Source: an uncultured bacterium
GTDB taxonomy: Bacteria; Eisenbacteria; RBG-16-71-46
Direction of reading: 5' to 3'
Assembly: GCA_964650245.1 (NCBI GenBank)
Contig: CAZYQK010000001.1
Coordinates: 1-58,051 of the forward strand
DNA: 58,051 nucleotides
Part shown: positions 8,658 to 17,769 of the stretch, piece after piece
How positions within the stretch are numbered: position 1 is the stretch's first letter
How the letters are laid out: every line of letters starts with the position of its first letter
The notes under the pieces: model-generated
What the model was told of the DNA's origin: nothing
Seen by the model: the letters and a program-made list of their open reading frames with translations, nothing else
Database searches by the model: none
Translations under genes and position numbers: made by a program

Positions 8658-9047
8658 ATGCGCAGAAGTGAGAAAGGCTTCACGCTGATGGAGCTGATGG
8701 TCGTCATCGTGATCGTGGCGATCCTGGCCGCGGTGGCAGTGCCGCTCTACATCAACTACGTCAAGGACGCGGCCCGCACCGAAGCCAAGGGCGCGATCGG
8801 CGCCGTCATCACCGGCGAGCAGACCTATTTCCAGCGCTTCGGGAACTACACCGCGGACTCGACGCAGATTCACGTCGATCTCGCCGACGTGAGCCAGAAC
8901 TGGAGATTCACGCTGGGCCCGCCGCAGGGCGGATCGCTCGCCACCGGTTTCATGGTGACTGCCGACGGAATCGGAACCACGACCAACGGGCTTCAGGTCA
9001 CGTGCACCTACGTGCGGGGAACGCAACCCCAGTGGACCGAGCAATAG
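8658..9047 (+). CDS. pilA: Type IVa major pilin (prepilin)
   Basis: RBS GAGGAG, then the ATG at 8658. The leader MRRSEKG|FTLMELMVVIVIVAILAAVAVPLY has the class III signal (G/FTLxE). The mature protein is about 120 aa. Confidence 0.9.
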   Translation: MRRSEKGFTLMELMVVIVIVAILAAVAVPLYINYVKDAARTEAKGAIGAVITGEQTYFQRFGNYTADSTQIHVDLADVSQNWRFTLGPPQGGSLATGFMVTADGIGTTTNGLQVTCTYVRGTQPQWTEQ

Positions 9048-9122
9048 GCTGAGCGCTCGGTCAGCGGTCTCCCCCGAAATCCGCTCGCGGGGCCAGCGGC
9101 CGCGTTCCGGCTGCGGCGTCCC

Positions 9123-9533
9123 ATGATGTCCCACGACCAACGCGGCTTCTCGCTCATGGAGGTGATCGTCGCGACCATCGTCGCGACGGTCGCGGTGATC
9201 GGCCTCGCCTACAGCTTCGGCATGGGCCGCGCGTTCATCGACCGCTTCGAGACGGGACGCGTGGCGCTCGCGATCGTCCAGGCAAAGATGGAATCGCTGA
9301 CCGTAGTGCCCCCGGGCGACCCCGAACTCGCCCTCGGCACGCATCCATCATCGCCGATCCCGTTCGTGTGGCAGGGACGGCAGGTGGGATCGGAGTCGTG
9401 GACGGTGGCCGCATTCGACGATCCCGGGGTCGCGGGCAGCGACGACCTGCGGCGCGTGACGGTGCGCGTGATGTGGCGCGTCGGCGCGCTCAACGACACG
9501 GTGCTGATCTCCCGGCTGTTCCCCAGGCCATGA
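9123..9533 (+). CDS. Minor pilin / pseudopilin (PilV/GspI-like)
   Basis: The N-terminus MMSHDQRG|FSLMEVIVATIVATVAVIGL carries a prepilin-type cleavage/methylation motif. Small, 136 aa. Confidence 0.8.
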   Translation: MMSHDQRGFSLMEVIVATIVATVAVIGLAYSFGMGRAFIDRFETGRVALAIVQAKMESLTVVPPGDPELALGTHPSSPIPFVWQGRQVGSESWTVAAFDDPGVAGSDDLRRVTVRVMWRVGALNDTVLISRLFPRP

Positions 9534-10033
9534 ACTCCCCAGCGCGCCGTGACGAGCGCGGCATCACGCTCACCGAGCTCACCGTGGTCATGGTGCTGGC
9601 CGCGGTCGTGACCGTGGGCCTGGTCACCTTCTACCTCAACTCGCAAACGCTCTGGGTGGACGGCTCCACGCAGGCGCTCGCCCAGCGCGACGCGACCGCG
9701 CTCGCGGAGATCATCACCGCTCGCGCCCGCAGCTGCTCCGAGGCCGACAAGTTCGATTCACCCGATCCGCTTCACCAGGGGCTCATCCTGCGCGACCCCT
9801 GGGGTGGCGAAACCCGCTTCCGCTGGGACTCCGGAGACAGTCTCATCCACGAGGACACCCTCGATATCGCGACCGGCACGCTGGTGGACAAGGGACCGCC
9901 GGTTCAATCGAAGGTGCTGCGCTTCGTGGTGGACCGCGACTTCAGCCTGGTTTACGTGCGGCTGCTCGAGGTGCAGAGCACGCCCGGGACGCCGGTCCAG
10001 ATCTCGACCACGGCCGCTCTCTACAACCGCTGA
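9530..10033 (+). CDS. Minor pilin / pseudopilin (PilW-like)
   Basis: The ATG at 9530 overlaps the preceding stop (ATGA). MNSPARRDERG|ITLTELTVVMVLAAVVTVGL is a prepilin-type N-terminus. Confidence 0.8.
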   Translation: MNSPARRDERGITLTELTVVMVLAAVVTVGLVTFYLNSQTLWVDGSTQALAQRDATALAEIITARARSCSEADKFDSPDPLHQGLILRDPWGGETRFRWDSGDSLIHEDTLDIATGTLVDKGPPVQSKVLRFVVDRDFSLVYVRLLEVQSTPGTPVQISTTAALYNR

Positions 10034-10039
10034 CCGAAG

Positions 10040-11290
10040 ATGCGACGCGACCGGGTAGCTCGGGATGCGATGCGCGGGGCAGCCGAGCGCGGCTTCGTGC
10101 TGCTCGGAGTCGTGGTGTTCGTGCTGGCGCTCACCATCCTCGGGCTCTCGCTCTTCAGCCTCTCCTCCTACGAAGCCCAGTTCCTCGGCCAGTCGCTCAA
10201 TCAGACGAAGGCGTTCTACGCCGCGAGTGGCGGATTGGAGCGCGCGAAATGCGTGCTGATCGCGACCGAAAGGCTCGAGACCGTGGGGCAGAACCTGCCG
10301 CTCGAGGGGGTGACCGCCGCGGTCGCGACGCAAGTGCAGGGGGGAGTGCCGAACACGAGCGGGCCGATCCAATGGGGCGGGAACGATATCGAGCTCCAGG
10401 TGACCGGGTCGGTCCAGGGCGGCACCCGCACGGTCCGGGCCTGGTTTCATCCCGTGGCCGGCCAGTCTCACTACCGGAGGCTCGCGACGGCGGCGGAGTC
10501 GATCGACGTGTCGAGCGATCCGACGCGACAAACCATCGAGGCGACCGGCACGCTCTACCAGGGCCAGGAGGGTCTCGCCTGGCAGGCGAATCTCAAGCCC
10601 CCACCGCCGGACAGCATCAAGACGCTCGCCGGCATACCCGTTCCGCCGGTCGAGGAGATCTTCGCCCTTGCTCCGAGTCCACCACTCGCGATTCGGACGG
10701 AAGTGGGTGGAAACCCCGTCTACACTCTCGACGCGCTGGGTCTCGAGCCAGGATACTTCAGTTTCAATGGGCCGGTCTTCAGCCTCGACGAGGCTCTCGG
10801 CAGTACGACGATCAAGGTGCGCGGTCCCGCAGTCTGGCTGCTGCCGCGAGGAATCCACATCTTCAACGAGATTACGGTGGAAACGCTCGGCAGTGGCGGG
10901 CCCAATACGTGTCTGGTCATCGTGGCGGGCGCGAACACGAATTCCGATGCCTATTACCACGAGAAGGGCATCTGGTTCCAACAGGGCATCCGGACGCCTT
11001 CCGGCGTGCCCCTGATCTTCGTGACGAACGGTCGCTTCATACTGACTCAGCAGAGCAACACGACGGACACGGGCGTGGGCTATCTGTCCATCTACGCCAG
11101 AAACGTGACCCTCGAGGGTCCGATAGACCCGGTTCGGATGACGCTCGTCCACGGCATGAATGCGCCGCAGGATGACTCCGGGGGGCTTCTCGACTGGCTC
11201 GCCTCCCACGGGGCGCTGCCGATGGGAACTGCGACGGTCGATCCGCAGCTCACGATGATTCCCGGTAAGTGGCGGGAATCTGGCAATTGA
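10040..11290 (+). CDS. PilX-like minor pilin / pilus-tip associated protein
   Basis: The N-terminus AERGFVLLGVVVFVLALTILGLSLFSLSSYEAQF resembles the PilX N-terminal domain. A large C-terminal region follows that I cannot assign to any domain. Confidence 0.7.
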   Translation: MRRDRVARDAMRGAAERGFVLLGVVVFVLALTILGLSLFSLSSYEAQFLGQSLNQTKAFYAASGGLERAKCVLIATERLETVGQNLPLEGVTAAVATQVQGGVPNTSGPIQWGGNDIELQVTGSVQGGTRTVRAWFHPVAGQSHYRRLATAAESIDVSSDPTRQTIEATGTLYQGQEGLAWQANLKPPPPDSIKTLAGIPVPPVEEIFALAPSPPLAIRTEVGGNPVYTLDALGLEPGYFSFNGPVFSLDEALGSTTIKVRGPAVWLLPRGIHIFNEITVETLGSGGPNTCLVIVAGANTNSDAYYHEKGIWFQQGIRTPSGVPLIFVTNGRFILTQQSNTTDTGVGYLSIYARNVTLEGPIDPVRMTLVHGMNAPQDDSGGLLDWLASHGALPMGTATVDPQLTMIPGKWRESGN

Positions 11291-11305
11291 TTTAGAACTC
11301 CCGGC

Positions 11306-12361
11306 ATGAGAGCAGGGATTCGCTCCCGGCCCTGGGCCGGCCTCGACGTGGGCAGCTTCAGCGTCAAGCTGGTCGCCATCCAGACCGGTGTGGCGGCCTC
11401 CCGCCACTGGGCCGCCGAGCAACCGCTTCCGGCACTCGAAGGCGATCGCGCGCCGAACGCCGAGGCCGTCGCCCGCGCCATCGCCGACTGCATCGCGAAC
11501 GCCGGCCTCACCCCGCGCTCCTTCCGGGGCGTGAGCCTCGGCATCTCGGGGACCGACGTCATCGTCAAGCAGGTATCGCTGCCGCTGCTCGACGACGCCG
11601 AGGTGGGACCCGCGCTGCGCTTCGAGGCGCGCAAGCACCTCCCCTTCGACCCGCAGAGCATGGTGATCGACTTCCAGATCCTGGGGCGCTTTCCCTCGGA
11701 GAAGAAGCTCGAGGTGCTGCTGGCCGCGGTCGCGCAGGACCACCTCGAGAGCCACCTCGCCCCCTTGAAGCTGCTCGGCATGGACGCCGACATCGTGGAC
11801 CCCACGCCGCTCGCGCTCACCAACGCGGTGTTGCCGGCGGTGGCGCCCGAGCGGGAGCCGCTGCTGCTGCTCGACATCGGCCATTCCGCGTCGCACCTCA
11901 CGCTCTATCAGAAGGGCGAGCCCTACTTCACCCGCCGGCTCGCCTTCGGCGGCCGCACGCTCACCGCCGTGATCGCCCAGAGCACGCGCGTGCCGCTCGA
12001 AGAGGCCGAGGAGTGGAAGCTCGCGGCCGGGGCGGACCAGCCCGGGATTCGCGTGGACTGGAACGCGGCCGAGATGCGCGCCGTGTTCGACTCGCTGCGC
12101 CGCGACCTGGTGGACGAGCTGCGCCGATCGCTGGCCTTCTACCGTACCATCGGCCACCTGGGCGAGCCGCTCACGCTCCGCGTCTCGGGGGGCACGACGC
12201 GCCTGCCGGGTCTCCACGAGCGGATCTCCGAGCTGCTCGGCATCCCGGTCCAGCTCTTCGACCCGTTCGAGGTCCTGAGCGGCAGCGCGCGCGCCGGCGA
12301 TGGCGCGGCGTCCGGTCCCCAATTCGCGCAGGCTTGCGGGCTCGCGCTGAGGACCGCGTGA
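11306..12361 (+). CDS. pilM: Type IV pilus assembly protein PilM (actin-like)
   Basis: Carries WAGLDVGSFSVKLVAI (phosphate-1-like) and LLLLDIGHSASHLTLY, with 351 aa typical of PilM. It sits directly upstream of pilNOPQ. Confidence 0.9.
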   Translation: MRAGIRSRPWAGLDVGSFSVKLVAIQTGVAASRHWAAEQPLPALEGDRAPNAEAVARAIADCIANAGLTPRSFRGVSLGISGTDVIVKQVSLPLLDDAEVGPALRFEARKHLPFDPQSMVIDFQILGRFPSEKKLEVLLAAVAQDHLESHLAPLKLLGMDADIVDPTPLALTNAVLPAVAPEREPLLLLDIGHSASHLTLYQKGEPYFTRRLAFGGRTLTAVIAQSTRVPLEEAEEWKLAAGADQPGIRVDWNAAEMRAVFDSLRRDLVDELRRSLAFYRTIGHLGEPLTLRVSGGTTRLPGLHERISELLGIPVQLFDPFEVLSGSARAGDGAASGPQFAQACGLALRTA

Positions 12362-12410
12362 GACGCTTGGGCAGTCCCCGCGCCGGGGCGGCGCGCCGGC
12401 CGGGGGCCGC

Positions 12411-12989
12411 ATGACCCCGCTCTTCACCATCAACTTCCGGCGCGAGGCCTATCTCAAGGAGGTGGCGCGCACCCGGCGGCGGGTGGCCGCGCTCGGCGTG
12501 TGGGTGGCGTACTTCGGCGTGACGATGCTGGCACTCGGCCTCTACACCCTGAATAGCGGGGCGCTGGCGCGCCGCACGGTCCAGATGGAGCGCCAGGCGG
12601 CGCGCCTCAAGGCGGTGCGCGGCGCCAGCGGCGACGCCCGGCTCGAAGGCGCGGAACTCGCCACCATCGAGCGCTACATCAACAACCCGCGGCTGTGGCG
12701 GCAGCGGCTGACGCGGCTCGCGGAGGTGCTTCCGCCCAATGCGCGCGTCCAGTCGCTGGTCGTCAATCCCCAGAACCTGGCGAACCCGGCGGATCAGAAC
12801 ATGCTCGTCATCAGCGGGGAGATCCGCCTGCCCACGGGCGAGGACCGGATGCGCGGCGTGATGGCGCTGCTGACCGCGCTCCACGACGACTCGTTGTTCG
12901 CGGCGGGCTATGCGAACATCCGGCTCACCTCGACGCGCATCGCCGAAGGCGCGGGCGGCGTGGCGCAGTTCACCATCGAGTGCCGCTGA
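12411..12989 (+). CDS. pilN: Type IV pilus assembly protein PilN
   Basis: Begins INFRREAYLKEVARTRRR, followed by a single TM helix and a coiled region. Size and position fit PilN. Confidence 0.85.
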   Translation: MTPLFTINFRREAYLKEVARTRRRVAALGVWVAYFGVTMLALGLYTLNSGALARRTVQMERQAARLKAVRGASGDARLEGAELATIERYINNPRLWRQRLTRLAEVLPPNARVQSLVVNPQNLANPADQNMLVISGEIRLPTGEDRMRGVMALLTALHDDSLFAAGYANIRLTSTRIAEGAGGVAQFTIECR

Positions 12990-13549
12990 TGGATCCGCTG
13001 CGGGTCGCGCTCTTGCGCCGCCACTGGCCGCTGGTCGGCGCGGTCGCCATTCTCGTCGCCTTCAGCCTCATTCATCTGGCGTGGTTCGGCCCCGCGCTCC
13101 GCCGCTACCGGAACGCGGTGCGCGAAGCGGGCCAGCTCGGCATGTCGCTGGATCCCGGCGCCCTGGCGCCGATGCTTCCGCCGCGGCTGTTCGCGCTCAT
13201 CTCCGACAACTCGCTGCCGGCCGCGACCGTCGCCGAGCAGAGCAATTCGGGCACGCTCACCGCCGACCTGATCGGCGAACTCAACCGCCGCGCCGCGGCT
13301 CACGGGCTCGACGTGGCGATGAGCGAGCCCGGGCCGGTGACGCAGCAGACCCGCTACGTTTTGGCGAGCGCCCATCTCCGCCTGCGCGGCCCCTACGGCG
13401 GGTTCGTGGCGCTGGTGGACGACCTCGCGGGAAGCGGCCGGCTGCTCGCGGTGGAGCGCTTCAGCATGTCGCCGACCCCGTCGGGCGAGGCGCAGATCGA
13501 GCTCTACGTGAGCCGCTGCGTGCTCAAGCGGGCGGCGGGAGGCTCCTGA
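12989..13549 (+). CDS. pilO: Type IV pilus assembly protein PilO-like
   Basis: The ATG at 12989 overlaps the pilN stop by 1 nt. It has an N-terminal TM helix (WPLVGAVAILVAFSLIHLAWF) and 186 aa. The call rests on position between pilN and pilP. Confidence 0.75.
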   Translation: MDPLRVALLRRHWPLVGAVAILVAFSLIHLAWFGPALRRYRNAVREAGQLGMSLDPGALAPMLPPRLFALISDNSLPAATVAEQSNSGTLTADLIGELNRRAAAHGLDVAMSEPGPVTQQTRYVLASAHLRLRGPYGGFVALVDDLAGSGRLLAVERFSMSPTPSGEAQIELYVSRCVLKRAAGGS

Positions 13550-14031
13550 TGCGGATCGAAGGACGCGCGCTCATCCCCTGGCTGGTGGGAATACTCGTGC
13601 TGGTCGTGGTGCTCACCCAGACCGCGAGCGCGCTCCGGCAGTCGGGCACGTGGACCGGAAAACCTCGATCCCCCGCGGTGCAGCCCGCCGACCCCTACGC
13701 TCCGCTCGAGCGCACGCTGGCGCAGGGCACGCGCGCGCTGCCGGCGGGCCTGCGCAATCCGCTCGTGTTCGGCGGCGCCCCGGTCGCGATCGTGACACGG
13801 CCCGTCCAGCACCGGACGCTGCCTCCGCCCCCGCCGGCCAGGCCGGTGCTGACTTCGATCATCTGGGACAACGACCCGCGGGCCACGGTGCGCTGGAACG
13901 ACCGCGATTATTCGGTCAGGCCCGGCAGCCTTTTTGCCGATTTCCGTGTGGTGAGCATCAGTCGCGACCAGGTGGTGCTGGACAAGGGCGGTGAGACGCT
14001 CGTGCTCAAGCTCCCCAGGAAAGGAGAATAG
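13549..14031 (+). CDS. pilP: PilP-like pilus assembly protein
   Basis: The ATG at 13549 overlaps the pilO stop by 1 nt. It has a TM/signal anchor, a Pro-rich linker and a C-terminal beta domain (VRWNDRDYSVRPGSLFADFRVVSISRDQVVL), as in PilP/GspC HR domains. Confidence 0.7.
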   Translation: MRIEGRALIPWLVGILVLVVVLTQTASALRQSGTWTGKPRSPAVQPADPYAPLERTLAQGTRALPAGLRNPLVFGGAPVAIVTRPVQHRTLPPPPPARPVLTSIIWDNDPRATVRWNDRDYSVRPGSLFADFRVVSISRDQVVLDKGGETLVLKLPRKGE

Positions 14032-14033
14032 GC

Positions 14034-15317
14034 GTGAACGGTATTTCCTCTTTTGCCCGCCGGGCCCCGGCGATCGTGCTGGCGCTCGTTCTGACGGTGT
14101 TGCTGCCGGGCGCGGCGCCCGGAGCCGAGGGCGGCAAGACCGTGACCCTCGACGCCGAGGACGCCTACCTGCCCGCCGTGCTCAAGATCCTGGCCGAAAA
14201 GGGCGACCTCAACATCGTCACCGGCCCGGGCGTCACGTCGGGCCGGATCTCGATCCACATGAAGGACGTGCCCATCGACCAGGCGGTCAATCTCGTGGTG
14301 CGCGCCGCCGGGCTCGCATACGAGCGCATCGGCAACTCTATCCTGGTCGCGGACGCCAAGTCGCTGGAGAAGGAAACCGGGCTTTCGTCGTACGTGGTCG
14401 AGCTCAAGTTCGCGGACGCGGCGGAAGTGAAGGACGCGCTCAAGACGCTGGCCGCCGAGATCACGGTGGACAAGGGCGGCAACCGGCTGATCGTGGTGAC
14501 CAGCCCGCGCGTGATCGCCGAGATCGAGTCCATCGTCAGGCAGCTCGACGTGCCGTCCAAGCAGGTCATGCTCGAGGCCCGCGTGGTCGAGGTCTCGACC
14601 GACGACCTCAAACGCCTCGGCATCGACTGGGATCTGCTCTCGAAGCAGGGCGTGATCTTCGTCGAGGGCAACTACGACTCGTCCATCGGATCGGGCGACC
14701 AGATCAGCAGCAAGCTGAAAGCGTTCAAGAACACGCCGGGCAGCTACGACATCTTCAAGCTCAACAATTTCACGCGCACCGCGCAGGTCTACCGGGTCGC
14801 GCTCGACCTGATGATCAACGAGGGCAGCGCGCGGGTGCTCGCCAACCCCAAGATCGCCACGCTCAACGGGCGTGAGGCCTCAATCCTGATCGGTTCGCGC
14901 ATCCCGTTCACCGTGAGCGGCACCGTCTTCGCGGGCGGAGGCGCCGCCCCGGTCCAGCGCATCGAGCGCGAGGAGGTCGGCATCAAGCTGCGCATCACGC
15001 CGCTCATCAACGCCGACGGCTACATCACGACCGAGATCATCCCCGAGGTCAGCTCGGTCATCGGCTTCAAGGGCATCAACGGCGACCTGCCGGTGGTCGC
15101 CACGCGCCAGGCCAGCACCACGGTGCGCCTGAAGGACGGGAACTCGGTCATCATCGGCGGACTGCTGAGCGAGGAGAAGTCCACGCAGATCTCCAAGGTC
15201 CCGATCCTGGGCTCGATCCCGATCCTGGGCTACCTGTTCCAGCACCAGTCGATCAGCACCCGGAAGACAGACCTGGTGATCGAGGTCACGCCGCACATCA
15301 TGCCGGACCAGCAATAG
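14034..15317 (+). CDS. pilQ: Secretin PilQ (short form, no AMIN domains)
   Basis: GTG start after AAAGGAG. It has a signal peptide, N0/N1-like modules and the secretin core (VMLEARVVEVS...LANPKIATLNGREASI...VPILGSIPILGYLFQ). Confidence 0.92.
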   Translation: MNGISSFARRAPAIVLALVLTVLLPGAAPGAEGGKTVTLDAEDAYLPAVLKILAEKGDLNIVTGPGVTSGRISIHMKDVPIDQAVNLVVRAAGLAYERIGNSILVADAKSLEKETGLSSYVVELKFADAAEVKDALKTLAAEITVDKGGNRLIVVTSPRVIAEIESIVRQLDVPSKQVMLEARVVEVSTDDLKRLGIDWDLLSKQGVIFVEGNYDSSIGSGDQISSKLKAFKNTPGSYDIFKLNNFTRTAQVYRVALDLMINEGSARVLANPKIATLNGREASILIGSRIPFTVSGTVFAGGGAAPVQRIEREEVGIKLRITPLINADGYITTEIIPEVSSVIGFKGINGDLPVVATRQASTTVRLKDGNSVIIGGLLSEEKSTQISKVPILGSIPILGYLFQHQSISTRKTDLVIEVTPHIMPDQQ

Positions 15318-15360
15318 GGGCCCCGCCGTGCCATGGCGGAGGAACCGGCGCGCCTCGCGT

Positions 15361-15681
15361 CTACAGCCCGCCCGCCCGCGCCACGCTCACCACGCCCGCG
15401 ATCCAGCCCAGCCACTGCCCCACCGCGACCGTGAGCGCCAGCGTCACCAGCGCCAGCCCACCGGTCGCGAGCACCGGCGAATGGTTGCGGTAGCGGTAGA
15501 GCCGCACGATGAGCAGCGGGATGAGCAGGCCTTTGAGGAGCACGAACAGCAACCAGTGGTTTTGCGCGATCCCGGCGAGCAGCGGGTTGCCCTCGCGGTT
15601 GCCGAACCAGTGGATGCCGAGCGCGGTGGCGACGAGGTCGAGGCTGTTGGCCATGATGGCGAGGAACAGCACGATGCGCAT
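15361..15681 (-). CDS. Small integral membrane protein (DUF5658-like)
   Basis: 106 aa with 3-4 TM segments and the motif NSLDLVATALGIHWFGNREGNPLL. High GC3. It is oriented opposite to the flanking pil genes. Confidence 0.6.
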   Translation of the reverse strand: MRIVLFLAIMANSLDLVATALGIHWFGNREGNPLLAGIAQNHWLLFVLLKGLLIPLLIVRLYRYRNHSPVLATGGLALVTLALTVAVGQWLGWIAGVVSVARAGGL

Positions 15682-15771
15682 GGGGGATGAAACTCCGCTC
15701 TCGAGTTCTGCCAGGGCAGCGACGCAGGTTGATTCTGACAGAGCCCGAAGGGCGCTTCAACGGCGGAATCG

Positions 15772-16563
15772 ATGAGCCCCGTGAACCCGGTCGCGATCCT
15801 GCTCGGAACGCTCGGTCTGGCGATGGGGAGCGGCGTGACGGCCCTTGCGTGGCGCCTGCCGCGCGGGCGCTCCTGGGTGCGGGGTCGCTCGGCGTGTCCC
15901 GCCTGCGGTACGCCGCTCGCCGCGCGCGACCTGATCCCGGTGCTTTCGTTCATCCTCGCGCGCGGGCGCTGCCGGCGCTGCGGCGGGCGGATCGCTTGGC
16001 GCTACCCGATCACCGAGCTGGCCTGCGCGGCCTGGGCGCTGCTGCTCTACCGCCACATCGGTCTCACCCCCGCCTATCCGTTGCTCGCGCTGTGGGGTTT
16101 CCTGCTGGTCGCCCTGATGTGGATCGACCTCGACGTCCAGCTGCTCCCCGACGCGCTCACCTTTCCGGGCACGCTGCTCGCGCTGGCCGCCGCGGTCCTG
16201 GCACCGAACGGGTGGACGGCAGGGGCGCACCACGCGCTGCTCGGCGTGCTCGCGGGGAGCGGCACGCTGGGGGCACTCGCCTGGACCTGGCTTCGGGTGC
16301 GGAAGATCGAGGGCATGGGGGGCGGCGACATCAAGCTCGCCGCCATGTTCGGCGTGGTGCTGGGCTGGCAGCTCACGTTGCTCACGCTGCTGCTCGCGGC
16401 GTTCGCCGGCACGTTGTGGGGCGGGCTGCTGATGGCGCGCGGCGAAGGCCACGGCAAGACCGCGCTCCCCTTCGGAACGCTGCTCGCCCCGGCGGCGATG
16501 GTGAGCCTCCTCTGGGGCGGGGGCTGGATCGCCGCGTACCTCGGCCTGATCGCCCGACGCTGA
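15772..16563 (+). CDS. pilD: Prepilin peptidase / N-methyltransferase PilD (A24 family)
   Basis: Cys motifs CPACGTPL...CRRCGG are present, together with polytopic TM segments and GGGDIKLAAMFG containing the catalytic Asp. Confidence 0.92.
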   Translation: MSPVNPVAILLGTLGLAMGSGVTALAWRLPRGRSWVRGRSACPACGTPLAARDLIPVLSFILARGRCRRCGGRIAWRYPITELACAAWALLLYRHIGLTPAYPLLALWGFLLVALMWIDLDVQLLPDALTFPGTLLALAAAVLAPNGWTAGAHHALLGVLAGSGTLGALAWTWLRVRKIEGMGGGDIKLAAMFGVVLGWQLTLLTLLLAAFAGTLWGGLLMARGEGHGKTALPFGTLLAPAAMVSLLWGGGWIAAYLGLIARR

Positions 16564-16719
16564 CCCCGCCGGAGGGCGGCCGCCCGCCGGCCATCGTTCA
16601 TCGCTCTCCTTCGGAGCGCCTCAGGCCCCGTCGATCGCCCTCACGGCTCCGATAGCGGGACCGGTTTGCCCACCCCCACCCCTCTGGTCTAGGTTGTTGG
16701 TCATCCACACCGCACCAGC

Positions 16720-17598
16720 GTGCGGCGCCGGGAGACCCACCCCACATTCTCCCGGCGAACCATCGAGGCGAAGTCCCGAGCCATGAGCCCCACTGGCCGT
16801 CGGTTCACTCCCGCCGAAGCCGCGCCAGCGCGCGCGAACAGCTCCACCATCCGCATCGTCGTCGCCGACGACCAGCCCATCGATCGCCGCGGCCTGCGCG
16901 GCCTGCTCGAAACGCAGCCGGACTTCCGGGTGGTGGGCGAGGCCAGTTCCGGCGTGGAAGCCGTCGAGCGCTGTGCCGTTCTCAAACCCGACGTCGTCAT
17001 CATGGACGTGATGATGCCCGGGATGGACGGCGTCGCGGCGCTCCCGGACGTGCGCATCGCATCGCCCGGGACGCGGGTCATCGTGATCGCCGAGCGCAGC
17101 GAGCGGCGCTGCCTGATCCTCAATCCCCCGCGCCCGGCCGGCGCGGCATCCATAGTCCCCACCTACTGCGTGCCGGTCACGGACTGCCTGCAGTTCGCGG
17201 TCGCCAACGGCGCACACGGCGCCATCCGCCGCAGCGCCGAGCCCGAGGACCTGTTCCGCGCGGTGCGCGCGGTGGCGGCGGGCAACGCCTGGTACGAGCC
17301 GGGGACCGCGGCCCGCATGCTGGAGAAGGCGGTCGGGGTCGGGGCCACGACCCGCGAGCGCACGCTCACCGGACGCGAGGTCGAGGTCGCTGCGCTCATC
17401 GCGGACGGCCACTCGAACAAGGAGATCGGCCGCACGCTCGACATCAGCGAGGCCACGGTGAAGAAGCACGTGCGCGGCGTGCTCAACAAGCTCGCGCTCG
17501 AGGACCGGCTGCAGATCGGGCTCTACTTCGCCCGCAATCCCATCCTGCTGAGCCAGCGAAGGGCGCCGCGCGCGGCCGCCTCCGCCCGCCCCCGCTGA
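16720..17598 (+). CDS. NarL/FixJ (LuxR-type HTH) response regulator with an atypical receiver domain
   Basis: Receiver domain: IRIVVADDQ...DVVIMDVMMPGMDG. C-terminal HTH: LTGREVEVAALIADGHSNKEIGRTLDISEATVKKHVRGVLNKL. The start is uncertain, with an alternative ATG at 16783. Confidence 0.85.
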   Translation: MRRRETHPTFSRRTIEAKSRAMSPTGRRFTPAEAAPARANSSTIRIVVADDQPIDRRGLRGLLETQPDFRVVGEASSGVEAVERCAVLKPDVVIMDVMMPGMDGVAALPDVRIASPGTRVIVIAERSERRCLILNPPRPAGAASIVPTYCVPVTDCLQFAVANGAHGAIRRSAEPEDLFRAVRAVAAGNAWYEPGTAARMLEKAVGVGATTRERTLTGREVEVAALIADGHSNKEIGRTLDISEATVKKHVRGVLNKLALEDRLQIGLYFARNPILLSQRRAPRAAASARPR

Positions 17599-17769
17599 AC
17601 CCGGCGGTCGCGGGCGACAGGCGCTCGCGCGCCCCGCGGGCACCGCTGCCCCCAACGGATATCCACCACCCCCCGCCAGCGGCGCCTAGCGTCGAGCCAC
17701 GCGCGAGCCGCAGTCTCTTGGACAGCATCAGCAGGCAGCCCACCCAACATCTCCCAGGGAGACGCCACC

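Noticed and set aside
9758-12433. 891-aa minus-strand ORF across the minor-pilin/pilM region
   Set aside because: It is antisense to four + strand genes with pilin and PilM motifs. Composition is Arg/Gly/Ala/Pro-rich and no motifs are present.
16563-16600. GC-rich palindrome (CCGGAGGGCGGCCGCCCGCCGG) after pilD as an intrinsic terminator
   Set aside because: The stem is short and mismatched, the loop is essentially absent and there is no U-tract. Such GC palindromes are common in this composition.
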